DNA of 64,000 nt from Alphaproteobacteria bacterium (GTDB taxonomy: Bacteria > Pseudomonadota > Alphaproteobacteria > UBA828), in contig CBDEFM010000002.1 of the NCBI GenBank assembly GCA_965237415.1, positions 2,176,001-2,240,000 of the forward strand. The letters run 5' to 3'. Position 1 is the first letter of the stretch. Each line of letters begins with the position of its first letter. Below, piece after piece: positions 51,253-61,003 of this stretch. The notes below the pieces were generated by a model that made no database searches, had not been told where the DNA came from, and was given only the letters and a program-made list of their open reading frames with translations. Both the position numbers and the translations under genes were made by a program.

Positions 51253-52268
51253 ACCCGTCGCCGCCCCCGCCCCAGGATTCCGCCTCCGGCAGCCGCACGG
51301 AGAGCAGCGCGGCCCTCTTGCGGCACTATGGCGGGGTCGCGTTCCGCACCTACGGAATCATCGTCGCCTTCGTGATTCTCGTCATCGTCGTCTCCATCGG
51401 CAATCCCGCATTCCTCTCCCAGGGCAACATCTTCAACATGCTGTCCCAGTGGGCGCCGGCCGGGATCATGGCAGTGGGCATGACCTACGTGATCCTGACC
51501 GGCGGCTTCGATCTGTCGATCGCCTCCGGCTACTCGCTCTGCGCGGTGGTCGCGGCCGGGGTCGGCATCATGGTGGACCCCGCTTACGCGTTCCTCGCCG
51601 CCATCGCGGCAGGATTCGTCGTCGGTCTCCTCAATGCGGTGCTGGTCGTCGGCGTCAACATCAACCCGTTCATCACGACGGTGGGCACCGGATTCATCCT
51701 TGGCGGCGTCACCTATGTGATGACCAAGAACGCGGCCTTCGTCGTGCCCGACATGGCCTTTGGCGATCTCGGCGCCGGCCGTTGGCACGGCTTCCCCTTC
51801 TCGGGGATGATGCTGATCGGCTTCCTCCTGGTCGGCGGGCTGGTGCTCGCGAAGACCGTCTATGGCGAGGCGATCTACGCCGTCGGCGGCAACCGGGAGG
51901 CGAGCCGGCTTTCCGGCATCCGCGTCCGCACCGTGATCGGCAGCACCTATGTGCTCTCAGGCGTGTGCATGGGCGTCGCCGGCACGCTCACGGCGTCTCA
52001 GCTCAACTCGGCCCAGGCCAATCTCGACCCTGTCATCATCTTCGATGTGCTGACCATCGTCGTCGTGGGCGGGACCTCTCTCGCCGGCGGCTTCGGGTCG
52101 ATGTGGCGGACAGTCGTGGGTCTCGGCATCATCGCGACGATATCGAACGGCTTCGTCCTGCTCGACATCAGCGTCTTCTACCAGGACATCATCAAGGGCT
52201 CGATCATCGTCGGCGCGCTTGCGCTCGACGTGCTTGCGCGCCGTGTGGCGACGCGCTCCGGCGCGTGA
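51249..52268 (+). CDS. Sugar ABC transporter permease (RbsC-like)
   Basis: 'GMTYVILTGGFDLS', 'PFITT', 'YAVGGN.EASRLSGI', 'VVGGTSL.GG.G'. Confidence 0.93.
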   Translation: MNPSPPPPQDSASGSRTESSAALLRHYGGVAFRTYGIIVAFVILVIVVSIGNPAFLSQGNIFNMLSQWAPAGIMAVGMTYVILTGGFDLSIASGYSLCAVVAAGVGIMVDPAYAFLAAIAAGFVVGLLNAVLVVGVNINPFITTVGTGFILGGVTYVMTKNAAFVVPDMAFGDLGAGRWHGFPFSGMMLIGFLLVGGLVLAKTVYGEAIYAVGGNREASRLSGIRVRTVIGSTYVLSGVCMGVAGTLTASQLNSAQANLDPVIIFDVLTIVVVGGTSLAGGFGSMWRTVVGLGIIATISNGFVLLDISVFYQDIIKGSIIVGALALDVLARRVATRSGA

Positions 52269-52303
52269 GCGCCACGCCAACCTGAAAAATCAAGCCGAAA
52301 CGA

Positions 52304-53791
52304 TCAACCCAGCTCCGGCGTGGCGGCCGGTGCCCGGCGGTGCTGCGTCGCCTGCTCGAAGGAATAGGCGAGCGCCAGCAGATCGCCCTCGCGGTAGGGC
52401 AGGCCCAGGATCTCCATCCCCACCGGCACGCCGCCAGGCGTAAAGCCGGCAGGCACGCTGATCGCCGGCATCCAGGTCTGAGCGCCGATCAGGGTGTTCG
52501 TGGGGAACTCGAGCGTCTTCCATTGCCCGGCGTCGAGATCCTCGCGCCTTGGCGACTGGACCTGGGTCGTCGGGAAGACCAGCGCATCGGCACCGGCCTT
52601 GCCCATCTGATTGATGACGACCCGCCTGAATTTTTCCGAGGTCGTGTAGCGCGGATAATACTCCGGATCCGAATAGGGGTCTTCCGGACCCTGCGCGATC
52701 TCTTCGAACAGATCGAGCGCCGGATGATACTGCTTGGCATCGTAGAGCGCGCGAATGCTTTCCGGCGGCAACGAGGGGCGGGACGCCATGAACTCGTCGA
52801 TCGCGCTCCGCGAATGATTGATGTAGAGCGACGAATACACGATGTAATCCATGAGATCGGGGATTTCGACATCGACAAGGGTCACGCCGGCGCCCCTCAG
52901 CGCGCCGAGGGCACCCTCGATGACCGCATTGACCGCCGCCGCATCGGGATTGGACGAGTCGCCGAAGGCCGAACGCACGACGCCGATGGTCTTGCCCGAT
53001 AGCGCGTCCTTGTCGAGACAAGCGACGTAGTCCGTCTTCCCGGCGATGAGCGCCGTTGAGGTATAGGGATCTTCGGGGTCGAAGCCGACGATGACCTGCA
53101 GCAGTTTGGCCAGGTCGGTGACGGTGCGGCACATCGGCCCGGCGGAATCCTGGAAGACGACGAGCGGCGACATGCCGGCCCGGCTGATCAGGCCAGGCGT
53201 TACCTTCAGCCCCACCAGGTTGTCGAACGAAGCCGGCAGTCGGGCAGAGCCGCCCGTATCCTCGCCGAGGCCGATGGCGCCGAGATTTGCGGCGACCGCA
53301 CAGCCGGTGCCGCCGCTCGACCCGCCTGGATCGCGGCCAAGATCGTAGGGATTCTTGGTCTCGCCGATGGCCGAGCAATAGCCGAACCACGAGGTCGCGA
53401 AATCGGGCATCGCCGTCTTCGCGAGGATGATCGCGCCGGCATCGCGCATCAACCTGATCGTTGTCGCGTCCTTCTCCGGCAGGTAGCCGGCGGCGGCGGC
53501 GGAGCCGAAGGTCGTGACGATATCGGCAGTCTCGATCTGATCCTTCACGATCACCGGAATGCCGTGGAGCGGCCCGGTAAGCCCGCCCTTGGCGAACACT
53601 TCGTCGAGCGCCTCGGCCTCTTCCACTGCCTTCGGGTTGACGTTGATCACCGAGTTCAGGGCGGGGCCGTTTCGATCGTAGGCTTCGATCCGCGCGAGAT
53701 AGCGCGACACGAGCTCCGCCGCGGTGAGATCGCCTGAACGATACGCCGCGTGGATACCGGCAATCGTCGTTTCCTCGACGCGAAAGGCCAT
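52304..53791 (-). CDS. Amidase-signature family protein
   Basis: 'HGIPVIVKD', 'PGGSSGG', 'EDTGGSARLPAS', 'GVPVGME'. Confidence 0.93.
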   Translation of the reverse strand: MAFRVEETTIAGIHAAYRSGDLTAAELVSRYLARIEAYDRNGPALNSVINVNPKAVEEAEALDEVFAKGGLTGPLHGIPVIVKDQIETADIVTTFGSAAAAGYLPEKDATTIRLMRDAGAIILAKTAMPDFATSWFGYCSAIGETKNPYDLGRDPGGSSGGTGCAVAANLGAIGLGEDTGGSARLPASFDNLVGLKVTPGLISRAGMSPLVVFQDSAGPMCRTVTDLAKLLQVIVGFDPEDPYTSTALIAGKTDYVACLDKDALSGKTIGVVRSAFGDSSNPDAAAVNAVIEGALGALRGAGVTLVDVEIPDLMDYIVYSSLYINHSRSAIDEFMASRPSLPPESIRALYDAKQYHPALDLFEEIAQGPEDPYSDPEYYPRYTTSEKFRRVVINQMGKAGADALVFPTTQVQSPRREDLDAGQWKTLEFPTNTLIGAQTWMPAISVPAGFTPGGVPVGMEILGLPYREGDLLALAYSFEQATQHRRAPAATPELG

Positions 53792-53919
53792 GGCGTCCTC
53801 CTGACTTCTCGGGGTTGTGACATCCGGCCGGGCGGCCGTTTCCATTTTCGGGCTTATGCTAAATCAGTGGCGGGGAGCGCGCCATGACCGACCGCCGGCC
53901 ACGCCGAGGAGCGCGGGGC

Positions 53920-54918
53920 TCAGTAGAAGCGGTCGAAGAAGATGCGCTCAGGCCGGACCTTGCCGCACCGCATGACGGGCCTGAGCAGCGCATCGATCAG
54001 TCCCGGCGGCCCGGCCATGTAGAAATCGCATTCGGCCAGCCCTTCCATCGCCGCCAGCGCGACGTCGCCGACGAGGCCGGTGGCCGCACCCGGCGCGCCG
54101 TCGCGGACCGCCAGCGTGAGCGAGAGCCGATCGTGTTCGGCGGCCAGCGCCTCCATCTCGTCCGCCATGAATAGTTCCTCGGCGCTGTTCGCTCCGAAGA
54201 AGAGGTGTACGGCAAGGGTATCGGGCTCTGCGATGGCGGCACGCGCGAGCGAGAGAATCGGCGCAAGCCCGGAGCCGCCGGCGACGCAGACCATCTCCCG
54301 CACCGGCGGCGTGCGCAGGTAAGCCCGGCCGTAAGGCCCTTCCAGGCTTACCGTGTCGCCGAGCGCGAGTTCGTCGAAGAGATAGCGAGACGCGTGGCCG
54401 CCCGGCTTCTCCTTCACGATGAAGGCGAGTGTCTCGGGCTCGGTGTTCGCCATCGAGTAGGCGCGCCGCTGGCCGTCCGGCACCTGGAGGAGCACGAACT
54501 GCCCCGGCAGGAAGGGCACGGGCTGCTCCGGCCGGCAGCTGAAAGCGATAACACCCGGCGCGAGCTGCTCCAGCGTCTCGACCGTAGCCGTGAAGGGTGA
54601 TGGCGCGGGCTCCTCTCGCGCGCCCTCCACCTGGCCGAGGCGCACCTGGACCTCGCAATCGCCCTTGGGCAGCGCCTGGCAGCAGAGGATGCGGTCGCCC
54701 TTGCGGCGGTCGCGCTCGCTGAGCCCGGTGGCATCGGGCCAGAGGTACTCCACTTCGCCCGCGATGAGCCGCCCCTTGCACGAGCTGCAGCTTCCGCTCG
54801 TGCACTCGTAGGGCATGGCGAAGCCCGCCGCGAGCCCTGCGCGCAGGATGGTCTCGCCTGGGCCGCAGGTGAAGCGCTCACCCGCAGGCGCGAGCGTGAT
54901 TGTGACGGGCTCGCTCAC
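53920..54918 (-). CDS. 2Fe-2S/FAD/NAD(P)H reductase resembling soluble di-iron monooxygenase reductase components (TmoF/IsoF-like)
   Basis: 'YECTSGSCSSC', 'LWPDATGLSERDRRK..RILCCQ', 'RAYSMAN', 'EGPYG', 'AGGSGLAP', 'FFDRF'. Confidence 0.85.
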   Translation of the reverse strand: MSEPVTITLAPAGERFTCGPGETILRAGLAAGFAMPYECTSGSCSSCKGRLIAGEVEYLWPDATGLSERDRRKGDRILCCQALPKGDCEVQVRLGQVEGAREEPAPSPFTATVETLEQLAPGVIAFSCRPEQPVPFLPGQFVLLQVPDGQRRAYSMANTEPETLAFIVKEKPGGHASRYLFDELALGDTVSLEGPYGRAYLRTPPVREMVCVAGGSGLAPILSLARAAIAEPDTLAVHLFFGANSAEELFMADEMEALAAEHDRLSLTLAVRDGAPGAATGLVGDVALAAMEGLAECDFYMAGPPGLIDALLRPVMRCGKVRPERIFFDRFY

Positions 54919-54922
54919 AGGG

Positions 54923-55837
54923 TTAGCCCGCTGGCGGGGCGTCGAGTGCCTGTGCCGGGAGATGCGCCCGATACCACGCGAGCGTCGCCGCCATGACCTC
55001 GCCGAAGGCGGGCTCAGCATAGACGTCGTAGTGCCCATAGCCCTTGAGCACGATGAGCTTCTTCGGCTCGCCGGCAAGGCTGTAGAGGGACCGCGACTCC
55101 TCGGGCGGTACCAGGCGGTCGTCCTCGGTTGTGATGAGGAGCAGGGGCCGAGGCGCAATCTTTCCCACCACCCAGTCGGCGTGGAACGAGAGCGTCTCGT
55201 CGATGAAGGAGGCAGGCACGGTGGAGACCGCATCGGGATTGTTGGCCCGCGCCGCGGCCGAAAGCGCGGCCGATGCCCGGTCCTGCAGCAGAATCTCGTC
55301 GCGCTCGGCGAACTGAGACTCGCCGCTCACGACGGCGGCCTCGCGATCCTCCCGCGCGCGGGCGAGCAGGTCGTGCCATTCGTCCGGCCGGCGCACGCTC
55401 CGCATCCAGCGGCGCCCATCGCCGACGCCGACCACGCTGACCACACAGCGCACCCGCGTATCGAGCGCGGCCGCCCAGATCGCCGTGGCGCCGCCGTAGC
55501 TGGTGCCGTAGAGGCCGAGGTGTGCCGGGTCGAGACCTGGCCGGGTCTCGAGGAAGGTGAGGGCGGCCTGCACGTCGGCGACACGGCTGAAAGGCGCGAG
55601 CCGGGCGCGCGGCCCCTCGCTCGCCCCCCAGCCCTTGTAGTCGAAGGTAAGCACCGCGTAGCCCGCCTCCGTCAGCACCCGCGCGTTGTCGGGCAGGTAG
55701 AGGCTCTTCACCCCGGTATAGCCGTGGCAGAGCACGATGCCGGCGCGGGCATCCTCCGGGCCGGCGTTGGCAGGTCTGTAGAGATCGCCGGCAAGCCGGA
55801 CGCCCTCGCTGTAGAAGCTCACACTCTCACACCGCAT
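54923..55837 (-). CDS. Alpha/beta fold hydrolase
   Basis: 'LAGDLYRP', 'CHGY', 'FDY.GWG.SEG', nucleophile 'GTSYGG', 'GHYDVY'. Confidence 0.88.
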   Translation of the reverse strand: MRCESVSFYSEGVRLAGDLYRPANAGPEDARAGIVLCHGYTGVKSLYLPDNARVLTEAGYAVLTFDYKGWGASEGPRARLAPFSRVADVQAALTFLETRPGLDPAHLGLYGTSYGGATAIWAAALDTRVRCVVSVVGVGDGRRWMRSVRRPDEWHDLLARAREDREAAVVSGESQFAERDEILLQDRASAALSAAARANNPDAVSTVPASFIDETLSFHADWVVGKIAPRPLLLITTEDDRLVPPEESRSLYSLAGEPKKLIVLKGYGHYDVYAEPAFGEVMAATLAWYRAHLPAQALDAPPAG

Positions 55838-56042
55838 GGTGCCTGCCTGATCTCACGCCATAGCTTCGATGTCCATGAAAACCTGTGGGCACAGACGGTG
55901 CGCCTCCGCTTCCGCCCAGTCCCTCTGCGCCCTTGGGGGTGGCGATGGTGCTATGGTTATCGGCCACGGCCTCGGGCGCACGAACGCGGCGAACGGCATG
56001 CGGCGCCCACTCGTGGGCGAAGACGGCGAGGGGGAGAGCGAA

Positions 56043-58037
56043 ATGACGAAGCCGGAGCATTTCCCCAAGCTGTTCACGCCGGTGCGCCTCCGGGGGCACA
56101 CCCTCAAGTGCCGCATCGTGTTCGGCGCGCACACGGCGAACATGGCGGAGGGCGGGCTGCCGCTCGACCGGCACTTCGGCTATTACCGCGAGCGCGCGCG
56201 GGGTGGCGCCGCCATGATCGTCGTCGAACCGACGCCGCCGCACCCGACGGCGGTGCTCACGCGCGGCAACTTCATGGCCGACGACGCCGTCATTCCCCAC
56301 TTCCGCAAGATCACCGACGAATGCCACAGCCATGGCACCGTCATGTGTCATCAGATCTATCACGTCGGCGCTCACGGCGATCAGGACAACTCCTGGGCGC
56401 CCTACTGGTCCCCTTCCGGTCAGGTCAGCCACCACGACCCTTGGGGCAGTCACGCGATGAGTGAGGCCGAGATTCGCGAGCTCATCCAGGCATTTATCGA
56501 CCAAGCGGTGCGCGACCAGAAGGGCGGGTTCGACGGGGTCGACCTCTTCGCCGGCTATTCCTGCCTGATCGACCAGTTCTGGTCGCCGCTCACCAACCGG
56601 CGCGACGATGCCTGGGGCGGCAGCCTGGAGAACCGGCTCCGCTTCGTGACCGAGATCGCAGACGGCATTCGCAAGGCCTGCGGGCCGGACTTCATCGTCG
56701 GCATGACCGTCTCCGGCGCCGAGCCCTATCCCGGCGGCCTTACCATGGCCGACAAGCAGGAGATCTTCGCCTGGCTCGACGAGCGCGGCCTCGCGGACTA
56801 CTTCTCCTGCGGCACCGGCAGCTACATCAACCGCTTCACGGCGATCGTGCCGGGCTTCCATCACGCGACGCCACTGGGCACGCAGGATGCCGCCGCCATC
56901 AAGCAGGTCGTGACGCACGCGCTGGTCACGGCCGAAGCACGGGTCAAGACGCCCGAGCGCGCCGAGGCCGCCATCGCGAGCGGGCTCTGCGATCTCGTCT
57001 CCATCGTGCGCGGGCAGATCGCCGATCCGCACCTCGCCAACAAGGCGCGCGAGGGCCGGGCGGACGACATCCGGCCGTGTATATCCTGCAATCAGCTCTG
57101 TATCGGGCGGCGCATGCGGGACTACCACATCTCCTGCCTCGTCAATCCCTCCGTCGGCCGCGAACATGCCTGGGACGGCGACAGCGCCCCGCCGGCCGAG
57201 AAACCCCGCCATGTGCTGGTGGTGGGCGGCGGCCCTGCGGGGCTGGAGACGGCGCGTGTCGCGGCTGCGCGCGGGCATCGCGTGACGCTGGTGGAGAAGG
57301 CGGCAGACCTCGGCGGGCAGTTCCGCCTCGCCGCGGCACAGCCGGAGCGGGACGAGATCGGCGAGCTGCTGGGCTGGTACCGGAGCCAGCTTGAGAAGCT
57401 GCAGGTCCGGGTCGAGCTCGGGACGGAATTGGGCCCCGACGCCATTCGGGATTTCGGCGCCGACGCCGTCGTGCTCTCCACCGGGTCTCAGCCGACCCGC
57501 ACCGGGTTCCAGCGCGCCCTCCCCCACGTCGACGCGCTGCCCGGCGTCGAGCAGGAGAACGTCTGTTCCGTCAATGACGTTCTCGAGGGCGCCGCCCGGC
57601 CCGGCAAGCGGGTCCTTCTGCTCGACGACCTCAACGGCTGGTGGCCCGCCTCCGGTACCGCGCTGCACCTCGCCGAACAAGGCCACGACGTGACCGTCGT
57701 CACCGCGTCCGACAAGCCTGCCGAGGCGCTCGATGTCTCCCACCTCGGCCCGAGCACGCGCGAGCGCTTCGCGAAGATGGGCGTCGAGGTGGTTTGCAGC
57801 CATGCGCTGACACGCTGGGCCGGGACCACGGCCACGATCGCGAACCTTTACACGGGCGACGTGCGGGAGCTGGCGTTCGACAGCCTGGTGCTGGCGACCA
57901 CCAACACGGTCGACGACGCGCTTGCCCGCGCACTCGACGCCGACGCTATCGAGGTCCACACCGTCGGCGACATGGTCGCGGCACGCACCGCGAGCATGGC
58001 CTTCTACGAAGGCAGGACCCTCGGCATGAAGCTGTAG
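56043..58037 (+). CDS. NADH:flavin oxidoreductase (OYE barrel + 4Fe-4S + FAD domain; TMADH/DgcA-like)
   Basis: 'ERARGGAAMI', 'NRRDD.WGGSLENR.RF', 'CISCNQLC..C', 'GGGPAGLE'. Confidence 0.9.
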   Translation: MTKPEHFPKLFTPVRLRGHTLKCRIVFGAHTANMAEGGLPLDRHFGYYRERARGGAAMIVVEPTPPHPTAVLTRGNFMADDAVIPHFRKITDECHSHGTVMCHQIYHVGAHGDQDNSWAPYWSPSGQVSHHDPWGSHAMSEAEIRELIQAFIDQAVRDQKGGFDGVDLFAGYSCLIDQFWSPLTNRRDDAWGGSLENRLRFVTEIADGIRKACGPDFIVGMTVSGAEPYPGGLTMADKQEIFAWLDERGLADYFSCGTGSYINRFTAIVPGFHHATPLGTQDAAAIKQVVTHALVTAEARVKTPERAEAAIASGLCDLVSIVRGQIADPHLANKAREGRADDIRPCISCNQLCIGRRMRDYHISCLVNPSVGREHAWDGDSAPPAEKPRHVLVVGGGPAGLETARVAAARGHRVTLVEKAADLGGQFRLAAAQPERDEIGELLGWYRSQLEKLQVRVELGTELGPDAIRDFGADAVVLSTGSQPTRTGFQRALPHVDALPGVEQENVCSVNDVLEGAARPGKRVLLLDDLNGWWPASGTALHLAEQGHDVTVVTASDKPAEALDVSHLGPSTRERFAKMGVEVVCSHALTRWAGTTATIANLYTGDVRELAFDSLVLATTNTVDDALARALDADAIEVHTVGDMVAARTASMAFYEGRTLGMKL

Positions 58038-58053
58038 AGCCGGGGGACAGCGT

Positions 58054-58986
58054 GTGACGGAGCCCACACCGCGTGGCGACGGCGCATACGCGCTCCTCTG
58101 GTCGGCAGTTCTGCTGGTGGTCTCGGCCCTCGGCTGGGGGATCCTCTATTCTCTCAACCGGCTGGCGACCACCGACGGCATTCCCTTCATCCCCTACGTG
58201 TTCTGGATGGGGACAGGTGCCGCGCTCATCCTGCTGGGTCTGGGCGCGGTGTTCCGCACGCTGCCCAAGCTCTCGTGGGAGCACATGCACGGCTACATCG
58301 CGCTCGGCACGATCTCATTCGGCATGACCTACACCGTGCTGGCCTTCGTCGCGCCCAAGGTTCCGGCGGGTGTGCTGGGCCTCGGCGCGACGCTCACGCC
58401 CATCCTCACGTATCCGGCCGCCGCGCTCTTTCGCATGGACCGCTTCCGCACGATCCGCACCGTCGGGCTGGTTCTCGGCGTCGGCGGCGTCGCGCTGGTG
58501 GTGGTCCCCGAAACCAGCCTTCCTACCCCGGACATGGCGCCCTGGGTGTTGCTGAGCTTCGTCGCGCCGGTGCTCTATGTCGCGAACGCGCTGATCATCT
58601 CGTGGCTCAAGCCGCCGGCCGCCGGCGCGCTACCGCTGGCCGGCGGCGTTCTGGCGACCGGGGCCCTATTCATGTTCGTCGTGATGGCGGCGACCGGCCA
58701 GTGGTGGTGGTTCGAGGGGCCGATGACCGACGGCGATTGGGCGCTGGCCGGCGCGGCGGGGGTCACGGCGCTCGTCTTCTACCTGATGGTCGAGATCATC
58801 CGCCTCGCGGGCCCCGTGTTCTTTACGACGGTCAACTTCATGATCCCGCTTACCGGCATCGGCTGGGGCGTGCTCTTCTTCGGCGAAAGCCACAGCTATT
58901 GGATCTGGCTTGCGCTGGTCCTGATGCTCGCGGGCCTCTTCTTGGTCAACCGGCCGCCCGCCCCTGCCAGCAAAGCATCCGATTAG
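58054..58986 (+). CDS. DMT/EamA family transporter
   Basis: About 10 hydrophobic segments; 'AGPVFFT.VNF', 'WG.LFFGE'. Confidence 0.85.
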   Translation: MTEPTPRGDGAYALLWSAVLLVVSALGWGILYSLNRLATTDGIPFIPYVFWMGTGAALILLGLGAVFRTLPKLSWEHMHGYIALGTISFGMTYTVLAFVAPKVPAGVLGLGATLTPILTYPAAALFRMDRFRTIRTVGLVLGVGGVALVVVPETSLPTPDMAPWVLLSFVAPVLYVANALIISWLKPPAAGALPLAGGVLATGALFMFVVMAATGQWWWFEGPMTDGDWALAGAAGVTALVFYLMVEIIRLAGPVFFTTVNFMIPLTGIGWGVLFFGESHSYWIWLALVLMLAGLFLVNRPPAPASKASD

Positions 58987-59076
58987 GCAGCGGCAACGTA
59001 GCGCCCGCACTTGGCGTCTTGACGCACCCGGCTCTGTCGGCGCAATTTGCGCGTGAGGCGCAGGAGGGAGCGGCCG

Positions 59077-59880
59077 ATGAAGCTTTCAGCCGAACAATGC
59101 GAGACCCTGGACCGCGAGGGCTATCTTTTCCTGCCGGAGCTCTTCTCGGCGGCGGAGGCCGCGGTGCTGCGCGCGGCGCTGCCCGCGGTTTTCGCCCGCA
59201 AGGGGCCGGAGATCGTGCGCGAGCGGAACGGCGCGGTGCGCACCGCCTTCGGGGTCCACACCTATAGCGACATCTACTGGCGGCTCTCCTGCCATCCGCG
59301 CCTGGTCGAGCCTGCGATGCAGGTCCTCGGCGGCCCCATCTACATCCACCAGTTCAAGGTGAACGCCAAGGCCGCCTTCGACGGCGACGTCTGGCAGTGG
59401 CATCAGGATTACGGCACGTGGTCGCGGGACGACTTGATGGCCGAGCCCCGGGCCATGAACCTCGCGGTCTTCCTCGATCCGGTGAACGAGTTCAACGGCC
59501 CGCTGATGTTCATTCCCCGCTCGCACCGTCGGGGCCGGATCGAGGCCGGCCACGACACCGACACCACGAGCTATCCGCTCTGGACCGTCGACAACGAAAC
59601 GATCGAGCGGCTGGTGGCGGAAGGGGGAATTGTCGCGCCCAAGGGCGAGCCCGGCGCTGCGTTGCTCTTCCACTGCAATCTGGTGCACGGTTCTGCGCCC
59701 AACATGTCGCCGTGGGGCCGGCTTGCGGTCTATTTCTCGGCCAATCGAGTAGACAACGCGATCCGCCGCTTCCAGCGGCCGGAGTACATCGCGCACCGGG
59801 ACTTCACCCCGATTGAGCCGCTCGCGGACGACTGCCTTCTGGCGGAACCTGAGCGCACAGCCGGCGTAGCCGCCCTCTAG
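59077..59880 (+). CDS. PhyH family dioxygenase, ectoine/proline hydroxylase-like
   Basis: 'HQFKVNAKAAFDG..WQWHQDYGTW', 'NGPL..IP.SH', 'FHCNLVHGSAPN'. Confidence 0.88.
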   Translation: MKLSAEQCETLDREGYLFLPELFSAAEAAVLRAALPAVFARKGPEIVRERNGAVRTAFGVHTYSDIYWRLSCHPRLVEPAMQVLGGPIYIHQFKVNAKAAFDGDVWQWHQDYGTWSRDDLMAEPRAMNLAVFLDPVNEFNGPLMFIPRSHRRGRIEAGHDTDTTSYPLWTVDNETIERLVAEGGIVAPKGEPGAALLFHCNLVHGSAPNMSPWGRLAVYFSANRVDNAIRRFQRPEYIAHRDFTPIEPLADDCLLAEPERTAGVAAL

Positions 59881-59907
59881 CTTCTAGCCTTCCAGCCTTC
59901 ACGTTCC

Positions 59908-60825
59908 ATGCGGCGCCGCGGGCCGCTTTCTCTCCCGATCTTCCTGCTGTTCACGATCGGGGCGATCTATCCGCTCATCTTCACGATGAACAAGATCGCG
60001 GTCGAGGCGGGCACGCCGCCGGTCGCCTTCACCTTCTGGCAGACCCTCGGCGCGGCAGTCCTGTTGCTGATAGTCGCCGCCTGGCGGCGTGCCCTGCCCA
60101 GGCTGGAAGCCCGGCACCTCAAGGCCTATTTCGTGCTCGGGCTGTTCGGCATCGCCGCGCCCGTCGCGCTGATGACTTGGCTCGCGCCGAAGCTGCCGAC
60201 GGGCATCCTCTCGATGGTGGTGATTCTCTCGCCGCCGATCACCTATCTGATCGCGCTGACGCTTCGGCTGGAGCGGCTCCGCGCGCTCAGCCTGATCGGC
60301 GTGTTGTGCGGGGTGGGCGGCATCCTGCTCATGACGATCCCCGCAATTTCCCTGCCCGAGCCCAGCATGGTCGGCTGGTTCTTGCTCGCACTGTTGGCGC
60401 CCGCCTCCTTCGCGCTGACAAACAACCTCGCGGCCCTGATCGACCCGCCGGAGACGCCGGTGCTGACGTTTGCGAGCGGTATCGTGGCGGCGGCCGCGAT
60501 TCTGCTGGCGCCGGTGATGATCGGGCTCGGCGAGACCTATGTGGTGCCGGGGCCGGACACCGCCGCCGACCTTGCGATCCTCGGCGCCGCCGGCGTCACC
60601 ATCACCATGTACATCACCTTCCTCATCATCGTCCGCGCGGCCGGGCCGGTGTTCTTCTCGCAGTTCAACTATGTGGTGGTGGTGGCGGGCCTCGGCTGGG
60701 GCATTCTCTTCTTCAACGAGAGCCACAGCGCTTACGTTTGGGCCGCCGCCGTGCTGATGCTGGCGGGGGTCGCGCTGCTGATCCACGCGGCGCGGCGCCA
60801 GCCGACGCCGCCGGTGGAGCCGTGA
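59908..60825 (+). CDS. DMT/EamA family transporter
   Basis: About 10 hydrophobic segments; 'AGPVFFSQFNY', 'WGILFFNE'; paralog-like to 58054..58986. Confidence 0.85.
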   Translation: MRRRGPLSLPIFLLFTIGAIYPLIFTMNKIAVEAGTPPVAFTFWQTLGAAVLLLIVAAWRRALPRLEARHLKAYFVLGLFGIAAPVALMTWLAPKLPTGILSMVVILSPPITYLIALTLRLERLRALSLIGVLCGVGGILLMTIPAISLPEPSMVGWFLLALLAPASFALTNNLAALIDPPETPVLTFASGIVAAAAILLAPVMIGLGETYVVPGPDTAADLAILGAAGVTITMYITFLIIVRAAGPVFFSQFNYVVVVAGLGWGILFFNESHSAYVWAAAVLMLAGVALLIHAARRQPTPPVEP

Positions 60826-60923
60826 CGGCGCTGACCGCCGTCTATCTCTCCGGCGGCAGGATCTCCTGAACGCACACCTGGTCGCGCACCTATAGTGCTA
60901 ACATACTGATACAGAGTTGCTTT

Positions 60924-60999
60924 TTTCCTCCTGTTCTAGCCGGTGGACGCGGAATCGGTCCGCGTTTTCTCCCCGGCTGCAACAGACTGCAGGAGGGAA
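60924..60999 (+). promoter_or_regulatory. Long 5' leader hairpin that sequesters the integrase RBS
   Basis: TTTCCTCCTG (60924-33) pairs with CAGGAGGGAA (60990-99); inner stems AGCCGG/CCGGCT and GGACGCGGA/TCCGCGTTT. Confidence 0.55.
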
Positions 61000-61003
61000 T
61001 CCA

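Noticed and set aside
59077-59880. Calling this gene ectD
   Set aside because: The signature is WQWHQDYGTW rather than the EctD FxWHSDFETWH, and no ect genes are nearby
59874-59900. Degenerate 7-8 bp repeat (CTCTAGC-TTCTAGC-CTTCCAGC-CTTC)
   Set aside because: Too short and degenerate to support a function
60826-60900. tRNA/tmRNA or att site at the island border
   Set aside because: No cloverleaf or T-loop/CCA pattern and no direct repeat partner found within the window
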